Shown here: piece after piece, positions 26,513 to 36,038 of the stretch | Layout of the letters: each line of letters opens with the position of its first letter | How positions within the stretch are numbered: position 1 is the stretch's first letter | Assembly: GCA_903859415.1 (NCBI GenBank) | Contig: CAIOMN010000187.1 | Location: 2,837 to 66,836, forward strand | Source of the DNA: an uncultured Methylococcaceae bacterium | Lineage (GTDB): Bacteria; Pseudomonadota; Gammaproteobacteria; Methylococcales; Methylomonadaceae | Reading direction: 5' to 3' | Length of the DNA stretch: 64,000 nt | Position numbers and translations under genes: made by a program | The notes under the pieces: generated by a model | Databases searched by the model: none | Told to the model about the DNA's origin: nothing | Seen by the model: only the letters and a program-made list of their open reading frames with translations

Positions 26513-26636
26513 AAATCCAATTTTATCCCCCCCCCGTTGTCAGCATGAAAAGTTCACCGCCAGTTGGATAGATGTCAATCAGCATCCAAATTTAACCAGT
26601 AAAAAGCGTCGAAAAATATCCAGATAGATTACTAAG

Positions 26637-26975
26637 TTATTGCGTTTCGATGATCTTTTTCCGCTGCTTAAATCGATAGGAGTCATTACCGGTTTCAAGA
26701 ATATCGCAGTGATGGGTTACTCGATCTAACATAGCGGTGGTCATCTTGGCGTCGCCAAATACCTGAACCCATTCAGCGAAGTTTGATTGGTAGTAATGAT
26801 CAGTGATGTTTTCTCATAGAGCTTGCTGATAAGGTGAAACAGTAACGCGCCGCCCGATTCAGGAAACGGCAGGTAACCCAACTCATCTAAAATAACAGCA
26901 TCCATCACCGTCAACTGCTTGCCCAGATTTCCTGCTTTACCCTGCTGTTTTTCTTTTTCCAGTTGCTTGACACAA
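26637..26975 (-). pseudogene. istB: IS21-family istB (helper ATPase) C-terminal fragment with a frameshift
   Basis: Hand translation of the minus strand gives ...[37 protein letters not shown]. After a frameshift it continues [44 protein letters not shown]. No Walker A region, no istA and no IS ends are seen. Confidence 0.75.
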
Positions 26976-27017
26976 GTTCACATTTATTAAAGATTAATCA
27001 AAGTCGTTGCTTTACGT

Positions 27018-27034
27018 ATTACGCAAAGCGTAAT
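27018..27034. promoter_or_regulatory. Perfect inverted repeat ATTACGC-AAA-GCGTAAT upstream of the higB remnant/higA; candidate HigA operator
   Basis: 7-bp arms at 27018-27024 and 27028-27034, 13 nt upstream of the higB-remnant ATG. Confidence 0.4.
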
Positions 27035-27046
27035 ATTATTGGCGCC

Positions 27047-27118
27047 ATGATTAAATCATTTCGTTGCAAAGAAACCCAAGCCTTGTTTGAAGGGCAGTCA
27101 CCTAAACGTTTTCGTTGA
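27047..27118 (+). pseudogene. higB: Truncated higB-type toxin remnant (23 codons)
   Basis: MIKSFRCKETQALFEGQSPKRFR* matches the usual N-terminus of HigB/RelE-type toxins of about 90 aa but stops after 23 codons. It is followed by GGAG and the higA ATG. Confidence 0.6.
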
Positions 27119-27130
27119 GGAGAAAAATCC

Positions 27131-27445
27131 ATGATAGAAAACGGTATGCGCCCCATTCATCCGGGCGAAATCCTGCGTGAAGACTACCTGATTCCTCTGG
27201 GTCTAAGCGTCAACGCCTTGGCAAAAGCACTACGCGTTCCCGCTACCCGTGTGCATGAAATTGTCAAAGAACGCCGTGGGATTACGCCTGATACTGCCTT
27301 GCGTCTAGCACGCTATTTTGGCAGTGACGCTCAATCCTGGATGAATCTGCAAATCGCTTATGACTTAAGTGTGGCAAAGCTACAAACATTGTTCGTCATT
27401 GAGCGTGAAGTCTTGCCGCGCGAGTCGGTTCATGCAGCAAGATAG
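27131..27445 (+). CDS. higA: HigA-family antitoxin (XRE-type HTH)
   Basis: 104 aa. PIHPGEILREDYLIPLGLSVNALAKALRVPATRVHEIVKERRGITPDTALRLARYFG is the canonical HigA HTH. Confidence 0.85.
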   Translation: MIENGMRPIHPGEILREDYLIPLGLSVNALAKALRVPATRVHEIVKERRGITPDTALRLARYFGSDAQSWMNLQIAYDLSVAKLQTLFVIEREVLPRESVHAAR

Positions 27446-27449
27446 TCTT

Positions 27450-28439
27450 ATGTTAAATCACACTAATAAAATAAGTAGAAAGTTCTGCGTTGCCCCGATG
27501 CTGGATTGGACGGACAGTCGTTGCCGTTTCTTTCATCGTCTGATTTCAGAGCATGCTTTGTTGTATACCGAAATGGTAACAACGGGTGCCTTGATTCATG
27601 GGGATCATCATCGTTTTTTACAGCACAGGCCAGAAGAAAGTCCAGTGGCATTTCAATTAGGGGGGAGTAATCCTAAAGATCTAGCGACTTGTGCCAAAAT
27701 GGTCGAAGAGTATGGCTATGATGAAGTCAATTTGAATGTGGGTTGCCCCAGTGATCGCGTGCAGAACGGTCGTTTTGGTGCTTGTTTAATGGCTGAGCCC
27801 CAGTTGGTCGCTGAATGTGTTGCGCAAATGTCTCAGGCGGTTAACATTCCAATCACCGTTAAATCAAGAATCGGTATTGATGACCGGGATTCTTATGAGG
27901 AACTGGTCGATTTTATTACAACAGTGGTAGAGGCAGGTTGCGAAACGTTTATTGTGCATGCCAGAAAAGCCTGGTTAAAAGGATTATCCCCCAAACAAAA
28001 TCGAGAAGTCCCGCCCTTACGTTACGATGTGGTTTATCAATTAAAGAATGATTTTCCGCATTTGGAAATTATTATTAATGGCGGTATAACGTCATTAGAC
28101 CAGGCAGAAGAATTGCTGCAACAGGTCGATGGTGTTATGGTGGGGCGTGAAGCCTACCAAAACCCTTATATCCTGGCTGAGGTGGACAAGCGTTTTTATG
28201 GTGTTAATAAAGAGCCGCTTTCTCGTCAAGAGATTGTGCATTTATTAATTCCCTATACGCAGGAATTACTTAAAACAGGGGCGCGTTTAAACAGTATCAC
28301 ACGGCATATTCTAGGGCTTTTTCACGGTGAATATGGAGCCAGAGGCTGGCGCAGGTATCTGAGTGAACATGTCGGTCAAGCCGGTGTAGATGAGTCTGTT
28401 ATATTGACAGCCCTTGCTTATACTCTCCAAGAAGCTTAA
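27450..28439 (+). CDS. dusA: tRNA-dihydrouridine synthase A
   Basis: The ORF track starts at 27369, overlapping higA. I prefer the in-frame ATG at 27450 (27432 is also possible). Contains FCVAPMLDWTDSRCRFFHR and NLNVGCPSDRV motifs. Confidence 0.9.
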   Translation: MLNHTNKISRKFCVAPMLDWTDSRCRFFHRLISEHALLYTEMVTTGALIHGDHHRFLQHRPEESPVAFQLGGSNPKDLATCAKMVEEYGYDEVNLNVGCPSDRVQNGRFGACLMAEPQLVAECVAQMSQAVNIPITVKSRIGIDDRDSYEELVDFITTVVEAGCETFIVHARKAWLKGLSPKQNREVPPLRYDVVYQLKNDFPHLEIIINGGITSLDQAEELLQQVDGVMVGREAYQNPYILAEVDKRFYGVNKEPLSRQEIVHLLIPYTQELLKTGARLNSITRHILGLFHGEYGARGWRRYLSEHVGQAGVDESVILTALAYTLQEA

Positions 28440-28517
28440 GTTAAGTTCTAAATGTGGCAGTCAAGTAGAGGGTAGTGCTATACTTTGGAACTTTTTTACT
28501 AAGAGAGACTTAAAACC

Positions 28518-29060
28518 ATGGAAGAGCATTTTGCCAGAATTATTGAAGCGGTCGGTGAAGATTTAAATCGGGAAGGTTTGATTGATACACCCATGCGCGC
28601 AGCTAAAGCTTTCAAATTTCTTAACAATGGTTATGACAAAACGTTGGAAGAAGTGCTGAATGGCGCTATTTTTTCGGCGGATACTGAAGATATGGTTATC
28701 GTTAAGGATATTGAATTATATTCATTATGTGAGCATCATTTGCTCCCCTTTATTGGTAAATGTCATGTGGGTTATTTGCCGCAAGGTAAGGTATTGGGCT
28801 TGTCAAAAGTGGCCCGTATCATTGATATGTATGCACGTCGTTTACAAATACAGGAAAAACTCACAAAGCAGATAGCAGATGCCATTGAGCTTTCTATTGG
28901 TGCAAAAGGTGTTGCCGTGGTTATTGAAGCTAAACACTTGTGTATGATGATGAGGGGTGTTGAAAAACAAAACTCGGTCATGACCACTTCGGTGATGACG
29001 GGGATTTTTCGTAAAGACCTGAGTACTCGTTCCGAATTTCTTAATCTGATTAATAGATAG
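28518..29060 (+). CDS. folE: GTP cyclohydrolase I
   Basis: 180 aa with [10 protein letters not shown] and [15 protein letters not shown] motifs. Confidence 0.9.
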   Translation: MEEHFARIIEAVGEDLNREGLIDTPMRAAKAFKFLNNGYDKTLEEVLNGAIFSADTEDMVIVKDIELYSLCEHHLLPFIGKCHVGYLPQGKVLGLSKVARIIDMYARRLQIQEKLTKQIADAIELSIGAKGVAVVIEAKHLCMMMRGVEKQNSVMTTSVMTGIFRKDLSTRSEFLNLINR

Positions 29061-29068
29061 AGTGTGTC

Positions 29069-30034
29069 ATGACTAAAAAAACAGGGATTTTACTAGCAAA
29101 CCTGGGTTCTCCTACTGAGCCTACCACCAAGGCGGTTAGGCGGTTTTTAGGTCAGTTTTTATGGGATCCCCGTGTCGTTAATCTACCCAGGCCTGTTTGG
29201 TGGATTATACTTAACTGCTTTGTTTTACCTTTTAGACCCAGTAAGTCTGCAAAAGCTTATCGTAAAGTATGGCATGAAAAAGGGTCGCCATTAACGTATC
29301 TGACCCGGCAATTAACTGAAAATATTGCGGAACGGTTTGAAGACAAACAGATTATTACGACCTATGCCATGCGCTATGGCGAGCCTTCAATCGCTAATCG
29401 ACTAAGAGAGCTTAAAACAGAGGGAATCACCGATATTATTGTTTTGCCCTTATATCCTCAGTACTCTTCGACTACAACGGCTTCTATTTACGATGATTTA
29501 GTAAAAGAACTCAATCAATGGCGTCATCTTCCCAGTTTTCAGTTCATTAGTGATTATCACCAGGAGAGCGTTTATATCTCTGCGTTGGCAGACGTTATTC
29601 AGCAAGCCTGGCAGGAACAGGATAGGAATGAATTATTAATTATGTCATTTCATGGTTTGCCTGAAATCCTGACTAAATGGGGTGATCCTTATTTTCATCA
29701 ATGCCATAAAACTGCGGCACTGCTGGCTGAAAAACTCGGTCTTGAAACAGAGCAATGGAAGATTGTATTTCAATCCCGTTTTGGTAAGGCCGAATGGTTA
29801 AAACCTTATTGCGTAGACACGCTACAGCAATTACCCGGTGAGGGCGTTAAAACGGTCGATGTGGTTTGTCCGGGTTTTGCGGTAGATTGCCTGGAAACAC
29901 TGGAAGAAATAGCCATGGAGAATAAGTCTATCTTTGAGGAAGCCGGTGGTACAGCGTATCGTTATATTGGTGCGCTGAATGATTCAGACCTACATGTTAA
30001 TGCGCTGGTTCATTTGCTGGAACAAAGACTTTAG
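29069..30034 (+). CDS. hemH: Ferrochelatase
   Basis: 321 aa with GILLANLGSP, LPLYPQYSSTT and MSFHGLPE motifs. Confidence 0.9.
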   Translation: MTKKTGILLANLGSPTEPTTKAVRRFLGQFLWDPRVVNLPRPVWWIILNCFVLPFRPSKSAKAYRKVWHEKGSPLTYLTRQLTENIAERFEDKQIITTYAMRYGEPSIANRLRELKTEGITDIIVLPLYPQYSSTTTASIYDDLVKELNQWRHLPSFQFISDYHQESVYISALADVIQQAWQEQDRNELLIMSFHGLPEILTKWGDPYFHQCHKTAALLAEKLGLETEQWKIVFQSRFGKAEWLKPYCVDTLQQLPGEGVKTVDVVCPGFAVDCLETLEEIAMENKSIFEEAGGTAYRYIGALNDSDLHVNALVHLLEQRL

Positions 30035-30049
30035 CAACCGACTAGTAGC

Positions 30050-31657
30050 GTGGCACTCATGAAAGAAACAATATTTCAAGGTTGGCAGCAAGCTGAATGG
30101 CCAACAATCAAATCTTCTGAGACTTTAGCGACAGGTGAAGGTGTTATTGATCGAAGTGCTTTTAGTACAATCGAAGTAGATAAAGTATTTGAAGCGATAA
30201 ATTATGCCTCAACTATTATCGGTCAAGCTCGGTTGTATCATTCATTAACTCAGCCGTCTGCTTCGTTAGAGGAATTAAACGAAAAGCAACAGGCGCTTGA
30301 GGAGTTACGTGCTAATCCAGCGTTAAGGGATGCGCTTGAAAATATAATAGCTACCGCCGCCAGTCAGGAAAGAAATTTTTACTTGCTCACGTTTGGTGAG
30401 TTCTTGGGTTCATGGGGAACCGCTAGAGAAGAGCATGAAATTGAAGGTTATGGTTATCTACAGTATAAACGAGGTGTGCGTTTTATGCTGGATCTGGTGG
30501 ATCAGGTGCAAGATCTAGCCGTACCACAAAGTGCCTATTTAAAGTCACTGATAGATGCTATTAAACAATTCGCAGAGACCAGAGCTTATTCTTTGATGAA
30601 AGGACCTGCATACATTGCTGAGAGTGGCATTCAGTCCAGACAAGAACGGCAGCATTCATTTTCTCCGGCTATTATTTTTAGACCTAATCTATTTAAACCG
30701 TTATTGATTGCCTTGTTCTTTGCCGTTATTTGGGGAATAGCGCATTTTTTTCCTACCGATCTGTTTAACGTGTCTGTAGAAGCGATTCCGACTGCAACAA
30801 TATTTTTTGTGCCATTGTTGCTGGTGTATTATCCGGTAGTGGGTAGTTTTGATCGCGATAGTTGTATTATCCCGCTTAGAAAAATTTACAAAAATGCACC
30901 GGAAGTGGCTCAGGCTTTAGAAGCCATAGGGCAATTAGATGAATTGTTATCGTTTATCAAGTTCGCGGATGGGTTTGGTAATCCGGTGGTTTTACCTCAA
31001 TTGATTGAAGGTGACCATCATCGCATTAATTTAGTTGATGCTAAAAATCCGGTATTAGGCAAAGCAAATGCGGACTATGTGGGCAATGATTTTGTCCTGG
31101 AAGACGATAAGCTGATATTAATAACCGGCCCGAATAGTGGTGGTAAAACCGCGTTTTGTAAAACGATCACTCAAATCCAGTTGTTGGCACAAATTGGTTG
31201 TTATGTTCCTGCCCAGCAGGCAACGCTGACGGTGGCAGACAGAATCTTTTATCAAGTGTCTGAAGTAAGTCATTTAAACGATGGGGAAGGGCGCTTCGGT
31301 ACTGAGTTAAAAAGAACAAAGGATATATTTTTAGCGACGACACCTAAGAGTTTGGTGGTGCTGGATGAGTTATCAGAAGGTACTACCTTTGAAGAAAAAA
31401 TGGAATCTTCTACAAATGTGTTAAATGGTTTTTATCGTAAAGGTAATAGCACTATACTAATTACTCATAATCATCAATTAGTCGATCAATTTGCTCGTCA
31501 ACGAATGGGTTTGCCCAGACAAGTTGAGTTTGCAAATGATGCGCCTACCTATAAATTAATTGCGGGTATTTCTCGGGTCAGTCATGCCGATCGAGTGGCT
31601 AAAAAGATCGGTTTCTCAAAAGAAGATATAGAACATTATTTGGCGGATTCGCAATGA
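30050..31657 (+). CDS. MutS-related ATPase (domain V only) with central transmembrane segments
   Basis: 535 aa. Walker [16 protein letters not shown] and DELSEGT. Two hydrophobic helices ([34 protein letters not shown]). No mismatch-binding N-terminal domain is recognisable. Confidence 0.7.
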   Translation: MALMKETIFQGWQQAEWPTIKSSETLATGEGVIDRSAFSTIEVDKVFEAINYASTIIGQARLYHSLTQPSASLEELNEKQQALEELRANPALRDALENIIATAASQERNFYLLTFGEFLGSWGTAREEHEIEGYGYLQYKRGVRFMLDLVDQVQDLAVPQSAYLKSLIDAIKQFAETRAYSLMKGPAYIAESGIQSRQERQHSFSPAIIFRPNLFKPLLIALFFAVIWGIAHFFPTDLFNVSVEAIPTATIFFVPLLLVYYPVVGSFDRDSCIIPLRKIYKNAPEVAQALEAIGQLDELLSFIKFADGFGNPVVLPQLIEGDHHRINLVDAKNPVLGKANADYVGNDFVLEDDKLILITGPNSGGKTAFCKTITQIQLLAQIGCYVPAQQATLTVADRIFYQVSEVSHLNDGEGRFGTELKRTKDIFLATTPKSLVVLDELSEGTTFEEKMESSTNVLNGFYRKGNSTILITHNHQLVDQFARQRMGLPRQVEFANDAPTYKLIAGISRVSHADRVAKKIGFSKEDIEHYLADSQ

Positions 31658-32853
31658 CAATAGGTACAGCATTAACAGGTAATGCAACACGCGCGTTGTT
31701 GCTAGGTAGCGGTGAATTAGGTAAGGAGTTAACTATTTCTTTGCAGCGGTATGGTGTAGAGGTTATTGCAGTAGATCGTTATCAGAATGCGCCTGCTCAC
31801 CAAGTGGCACATCGCAGTTATGTGATCGATATGACGGATACGGATGCCGTTAAAAAACTGATTGCTTTAGAAAAGCCGCATTATATTATTCCCGAAATTG
31901 AAGCGATTGCTACGCAGGCATTAGCCGATATTGAGGCAGAGGGCCTCTGTACCATCGTTCCTAATGCCAGAGCGATTCAATTGACTATGAATAGGGAAGG
32001 CATTAGAAAACTGGTTGCCGAGCATCTCAAGTTACCGACTTCTGCTTATGCATTTGCAGAAAGTTTTGAGGAGTTACTGGCCGCTGTCGAGAATGGCATT
32101 GGTTATCCTTGTTTTATCAAACCGACCATGTCATCATCTGGCAAAGGTCAGTCGATGGTTAAAAGTTTGGATCAGCTCAAGGCTGCCTGGGATTATGCTA
32201 AATCCAGTGGTCGTGTTGATACGGGTAAAGTGATTGTAGAGGCCAAAATCGAGTTTGATTTTGAAATTACTTTGCTGACTGTTCGAGCCCTAAACCAACA
32301 AGGTGAAATACAAACTTATTTTTGCGCGCCCATAGGGCATGTTCAAGAAAATGGTGACTACAGGGAAAGTTGGCAACCTCAGGTTATGAGCGACAGGTCC
32401 TTGAAGTTGTCGCAAGAAATCGCTTTTAAAGTGACTAATGAAATTGGCGGTCTAGGCTTATTTGGTGTTGAGTTATTTATACAAGGCGATGAGGTGTGGT
32501 TCAGTGAAGTGAGTCCTAGACCTCATGATACCGGTATGGTGACGATGGTAACTCAGCGTCAAAGTGAGTTTGATTTACATGCCAGAGCTATTTTAGGGTT
32601 ACCTGTTAATACTGAATTGCGTAATGAAGGAGCGAGTGCTGTTATTCTGGGCGGCATTGATGCCAAGGGCGTTATCTATGAAGGACTTGCTGAAGCATTA
32701 GCTATTCCAGATACCGACGTTCGATTATTCGGTAAGCCCGAAGCATTCGTGAACAGGCGAATGGGTGTTGCTTTAGCAACAGCCGATAATACACGTGAAG
32801 CTAGGCATAAAGCCATTACAGCAGCACACTCAGTGGTGATTAAGTCAATGTAA
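31654..32853 (+). CDS. purT: Formate-dependent phosphoribosylglycinamide formyltransferase
   Basis: 399 aa. Start [15 protein letters not shown] and [14 protein letters not shown] motif. ATGA overlap with the upstream gene. Confidence 0.9.
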   Translation: MTIGTALTGNATRALLLGSGELGKELTISLQRYGVEVIAVDRYQNAPAHQVAHRSYVIDMTDTDAVKKLIALEKPHYIIPEIEAIATQALADIEAEGLCTIVPNARAIQLTMNREGIRKLVAEHLKLPTSAYAFAESFEELLAAVENGIGYPCFIKPTMSSSGKGQSMVKSLDQLKAAWDYAKSSGRVDTGKVIVEAKIEFDFEITLLTVRALNQQGEIQTYFCAPIGHVQENGDYRESWQPQVMSDRSLKLSQEIAFKVTNEIGGLGLFGVELFIQGDEVWFSEVSPRPHDTGMVTMVTQRQSEFDLHARAILGLPVNTELRNEGASAVILGGIDAKGVIYEGLAEALAIPDTDVRLFGKPEAFVNRRMGVALATADNTREARHKAITAAHSVVIKSM

Positions 32854-32861
32854 GGTAAGGT

Positions 32862-33557
32862 ATGGTAAATATGATCAGACTATTGATTGTTTTATTGGTA
32901 TTAAGTGTTTCAGTTGCAGCAAAGGCAGATATATATAAATATACTGATAATCGCGGAAATATTTACTATACGGATAATCCTAGAAATAGTTTGTATCAAC
33001 GCATTATTAAAAGCAGGCTTCATGTGCCTGTTATGAAAAATACGTTGTTTGATACCCCCGTTATTTATCCTCTCAAGGTTAATGGCTTTAATGGGGGTGG
33101 AATTACCAGTACCAGTACTGGGATTAACGGAGGAGGTGTGGTTAATAAAAAAAGATTCTCATCCCTGATAGAACAAGCGGCTTATAAACATCAGGTCGAT
33201 GCCAAATTGGTCCATGCAGTTATTCAAACTGAATCGGCTTATAATTCTACGGCACAATCTCCCAAGGGTGCGGTCGGGTTAATGCAGTTGATGCCAGATA
33301 CAGCTAAACGCTTTGGCGTGTTAGATCGCAGTGATCCTGATCAGAATTTAGATGGGGGGGTCCGTTATTTAAAACATTTGATTAACCTATTTAATCCTAG
33401 TCTGGAATTGGCACTGGCTGCTTATAATGCAGGTGAAAATGCGGTAATGCGTTACAACAATTCTATTCCTCCCTATCCGGAAACTCAGAATTACGTTAAG
33501 CAAGTGTTAGCTTTGTATCGTCCAGAGCCCGTTCAAAAGTTTGTTTTTAGACATTAA
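32862..33557 (+). CDS. Lytic transglycosylase (SLT domain) with DUF4124-like N-terminus
   Basis: 231 aa. Signal peptide, IYKYTDNRGNIYYTD (DUF4124-like), and SLT catalytic region VIQTESAYN...GLMQLMP...AAYNAG. Confidence 0.8.
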   Translation: MVNMIRLLIVLLVLSVSVAAKADIYKYTDNRGNIYYTDNPRNSLYQRIIKSRLHVPVMKNTLFDTPVIYPLKVNGFNGGGITSTSTGINGGGVVNKKRFSSLIEQAAYKHQVDAKLVHAVIQTESAYNSTAQSPKGAVGLMQLMPDTAKRFGVLDRSDPDQNLDGGVRYLKHLINLFNPSLELALAAYNAGENAVMRYNNSIPPYPETQNYVKQVLALYRPEPVQKFVFRH

Positions 33558-33573
33558 ACTCTTTACAAAAACG

Positions 33574-33718
33574 GCTATAGATTTTCAGATAAATAAAAAA
33601 CAGAGTGCAATTGCTTTAGCTATTGCCTGTAAAAACAGCTAAAGCTATATTAATCCACCTTTGGGTTGTTACCCCAGTAAAGCTTCGCGTTATGGAAGTT
33701 TAACTTCCGAAAGACTAT
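33574..33718. repeat. ~150-bp structured intergenic repeat, copy B (inverted relative to copy A at 16070-16222)
   Basis: Stem GCTTTAGCT (33613-33621) / AGCTAAAGC (33637-33645) carries a compensatory C:G to T:A change relative to copy A. Second hairpin GGAAGT-TTA-ACTTCC at 33694-33708. Confidence 0.65.
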
Positions 33719-33932
33719 GCTTTGACATTATTTTAGCGTTTAACCCATTTTGTTAGACTGAGGTTTTAAAATAAACAAATTAAGCAGTGTAAATGTTGGA
33801 CGTTAAGCATTAACTATTGTTATCATCCCTTTGGCTGATCGAATCTTGATTTGATTTGTTCACCCCTATTTTATTTATATAGCATCACTTTAGCTGTTCG
33901 GCGAAAGTATTACATAAACTGTGGAGATAATT

Positions 33933-34943
33933 ATGCACAATGTCACGTTGATAAAAGGTGATGGTATTGGTCCTTCCATTATGGATGAGGCCGTTAAAGT
34001 TATTGATGCGTCAGGCGTAAAAATTCACTGGGAAGAAGCGTACGCTGGATTGTCAGCCTTTGAGAAATTTGGTACACCGTTGCCAGATGAAACTTTGGCA
34101 TCGTTCGATAAAACCCGCTTGGCATTTAAAGGGCCATTAACTACCGTAGTAGGTACTGGCTTTAGAAGTATTAATGTTGCATTACGCCAGCAGTATGAGC
34201 TCTACGCTAACGTGCGTCCTGCTAAAAGTTGGCCAGGCATTAAGACCCGTTATGAAGATGTTGATATTGTTATCGTTAGGGAAAACACTGAAGGGCTTTA
34301 TGCGGGACTTGAGCATTATTTGACGCCCAAAAAAGACATTGCCGAAAGTTTGGCAGTGGTTACGCGTGCCGCATCAGAACGTGTTATCGAATATGCCTTT
34401 AAATATGCACAAGATAATAACCGTAAGAAAGTGACAGTGTGTCATAAAGCTAATATATTGAAATACACTCAAGGGTTGTTTTTGGATGTAGCAAGAGAAA
34501 CGGCTGCGCGTTACCCCGATATTCAGTTTGACGAAAAAATTGTTGATGCTGCCTGTATGCATATGGTGATGAATCCACAACAATTTGATGTGGTGGTGAC
34601 TACTAATATGTTTGGCGACATTTTGTCTGACTTAACGGCTGGTTTAGTCGGTGGTTTAGGTTTGATTCCTGGTGCAAATATTGGTGATAATGCGGCTTTA
34701 TTTGAAGCGGTTCACGGCAGTGCACCTGATATTGCAGGAAAAAACCTGGCTAACCCAATTGCAGTGATCATGGCCGGCGTGATGATGTTAAATTATCTGG
34801 GTGAAACTGAAGCGGCAGAGAAAGTTAAAAACGCAGTTGAAAAAGTGGTGAACGAAGGTAAGTTTGTTACTAAAGATCTTAATCCTGAATCAACTTGTGG
34901 TACGGTTGAAATGGGTGATGCCATAGTAGCCGCAATGGCTTAA
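33933..34943 (+). CDS. icd: NAD-dependent isocitrate dehydrogenase (isocitrate/isopropylmalate dehydrogenase family)
   Basis: The ORF track starts at GTG 33921. The ATG at 33933 has GGAG 6 nt upstream. Motifs: ITLIKGDGIGP, FKGPLTTVVGTGFRSINVALRQQYELYANVRP, NMFGDILSD. Confidence 0.75.
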   Translation: MHNVTLIKGDGIGPSIMDEAVKVIDASGVKIHWEEAYAGLSAFEKFGTPLPDETLASFDKTRLAFKGPLTTVVGTGFRSINVALRQQYELYANVRPAKSWPGIKTRYEDVDIVIVRENTEGLYAGLEHYLTPKKDIAESLAVVTRAASERVIEYAFKYAQDNNRKKVTVCHKANILKYTQGLFLDVARETAARYPDIQFDEKIVDAACMHMVMNPQQFDVVVTTNMFGDILSDLTAGLVGGLGLIPGANIGDNAALFEAVHGSAPDIAGKNLANPIAVIMAGVMMLNYLGETEAAEKVKNAVEKVVNEGKFVTKDLNPESTCGTVEMGDAIVAAMA

Positions 34944-35073
34944 TCCCTTATCTTTCAATAATCGCTAGCAGAGGGGGCATTCAATAGACTTGGGTTTATG
35001 CTCAGGGTATTTGTTGGATGTCCTCTCTTTCATTATCACACCATTACTACCGGTTCAATTAAAGAATTGATCA

Positions 35074-35955
35074 ATGCAGGACAAACAAATTACAGGGTCG
35101 CCAGGAATTAAATCGAGTATTAAGCAATGTCAGTGGCTTAGCGGGCTACTAATTTTATTGTTAGTGATTCCTGCGTGTGGGGATTCAAAAATTTATGAAT
35201 GGCGTGATACCAAAGGCAGTGAACATTATTCTGATACGTTTACTAGTAATGCTAAAGTCGTTGATATTAAACCTGGCTATGAATTTTATAGTGTAAAAAG
35301 GGTTTATGATGGCGACACTGTTCAATTAGAAGACGGTAGAAAAATTCGTTTCCTGGGAATTAATACGCCAGAAATACAGCATAGAGATAAGCAGGCTGAA
35401 GCAGGTGGTCAAGAAGCTAAAGCTTGGTTGTTTGCCAAGTTACGTAATCAGCGAGTTCGCTTAGAACTTGATGCAGAGAAAACCGATAAGTATGGACGAA
35501 CCTTAGCGTACTTATTTACTGAAAAAAATGAGCTTATTAATTTGTCTTTGGTTAAGCAGGGTTTGGCTTCCATCAGTATTTATCCACCTAATCTTTTGTA
35601 TGTCAATGAGTTAATCGCAGCACAAAAACAGGCAGAACAGGATAAATTGGGGCTTTGGGCACTTGCAGATTATGACGTTATACCTGTGAGCCAATTAACT
35701 GAGGCCGGGCATAGTGGCTGGACAAGGCTATCGGGAAAGGTTATTGATATTCACAGGACGGCCAGATTTATTTATTTGAATTTCTCCAATCAGTTGGATG
35801 CACGAATTGAATGCAAATGGCTGTCATTGTTTCCAGATATTAATAGTTATTTAGGTAAAACGCTTGAGGTAAGGGGATGGCTCAATAGAAGGGATACACA
35901 TTTTTCAGTATTAATTCGTCATCCAAGTGCTATTAAAACATTACCCGGTATGTAA
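35074..35955 (+). CDS. Thermonuclease (SNase-like) family protein with DUF4124-like N-terminal region
   Basis: 293 aa. IYEWRDTKGSEHYSD, then SNase core VYDGDTVQLEDGRKIRFLGINTPE...DKYGRTLAY. Confidence 0.75.
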   Translation: MQDKQITGSPGIKSSIKQCQWLSGLLILLLVIPACGDSKIYEWRDTKGSEHYSDTFTSNAKVVDIKPGYEFYSVKRVYDGDTVQLEDGRKIRFLGINTPEIQHRDKQAEAGGQEAKAWLFAKLRNQRVRLELDAEKTDKYGRTLAYLFTEKNELINLSLVKQGLASISIYPPNLLYVNELIAAQKQAEQDKLGLWALADYDVIPVSQLTEAGHSGWTRLSGKVIDIHRTARFIYLNFSNQLDARIECKWLSLFPDINSYLGKTLEVRGWLNRRDTHFSVLIRHPSAIKTLPGM

Positions 35956-36038
35956 GGGGTGGGCTAATCGCATGTTTAAGATTAAGATGACTAGATGTTA
36001 CAATCAACTGCTATAAATTAACCACTTCCTGTCCCTCC

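Noticed and set aside
27369-27449. Upstream extension of dusA (ORF-track start at 27369) overlapping the 3' end of higA
   Set aside because: The extension (MWQSYKHCSSLSVKSCRASRF...) is not DusA-like and overlaps higA coding sequence in another frame. The in-frame ATGs at 27432 or 27450 give a normal DusA N-terminus.
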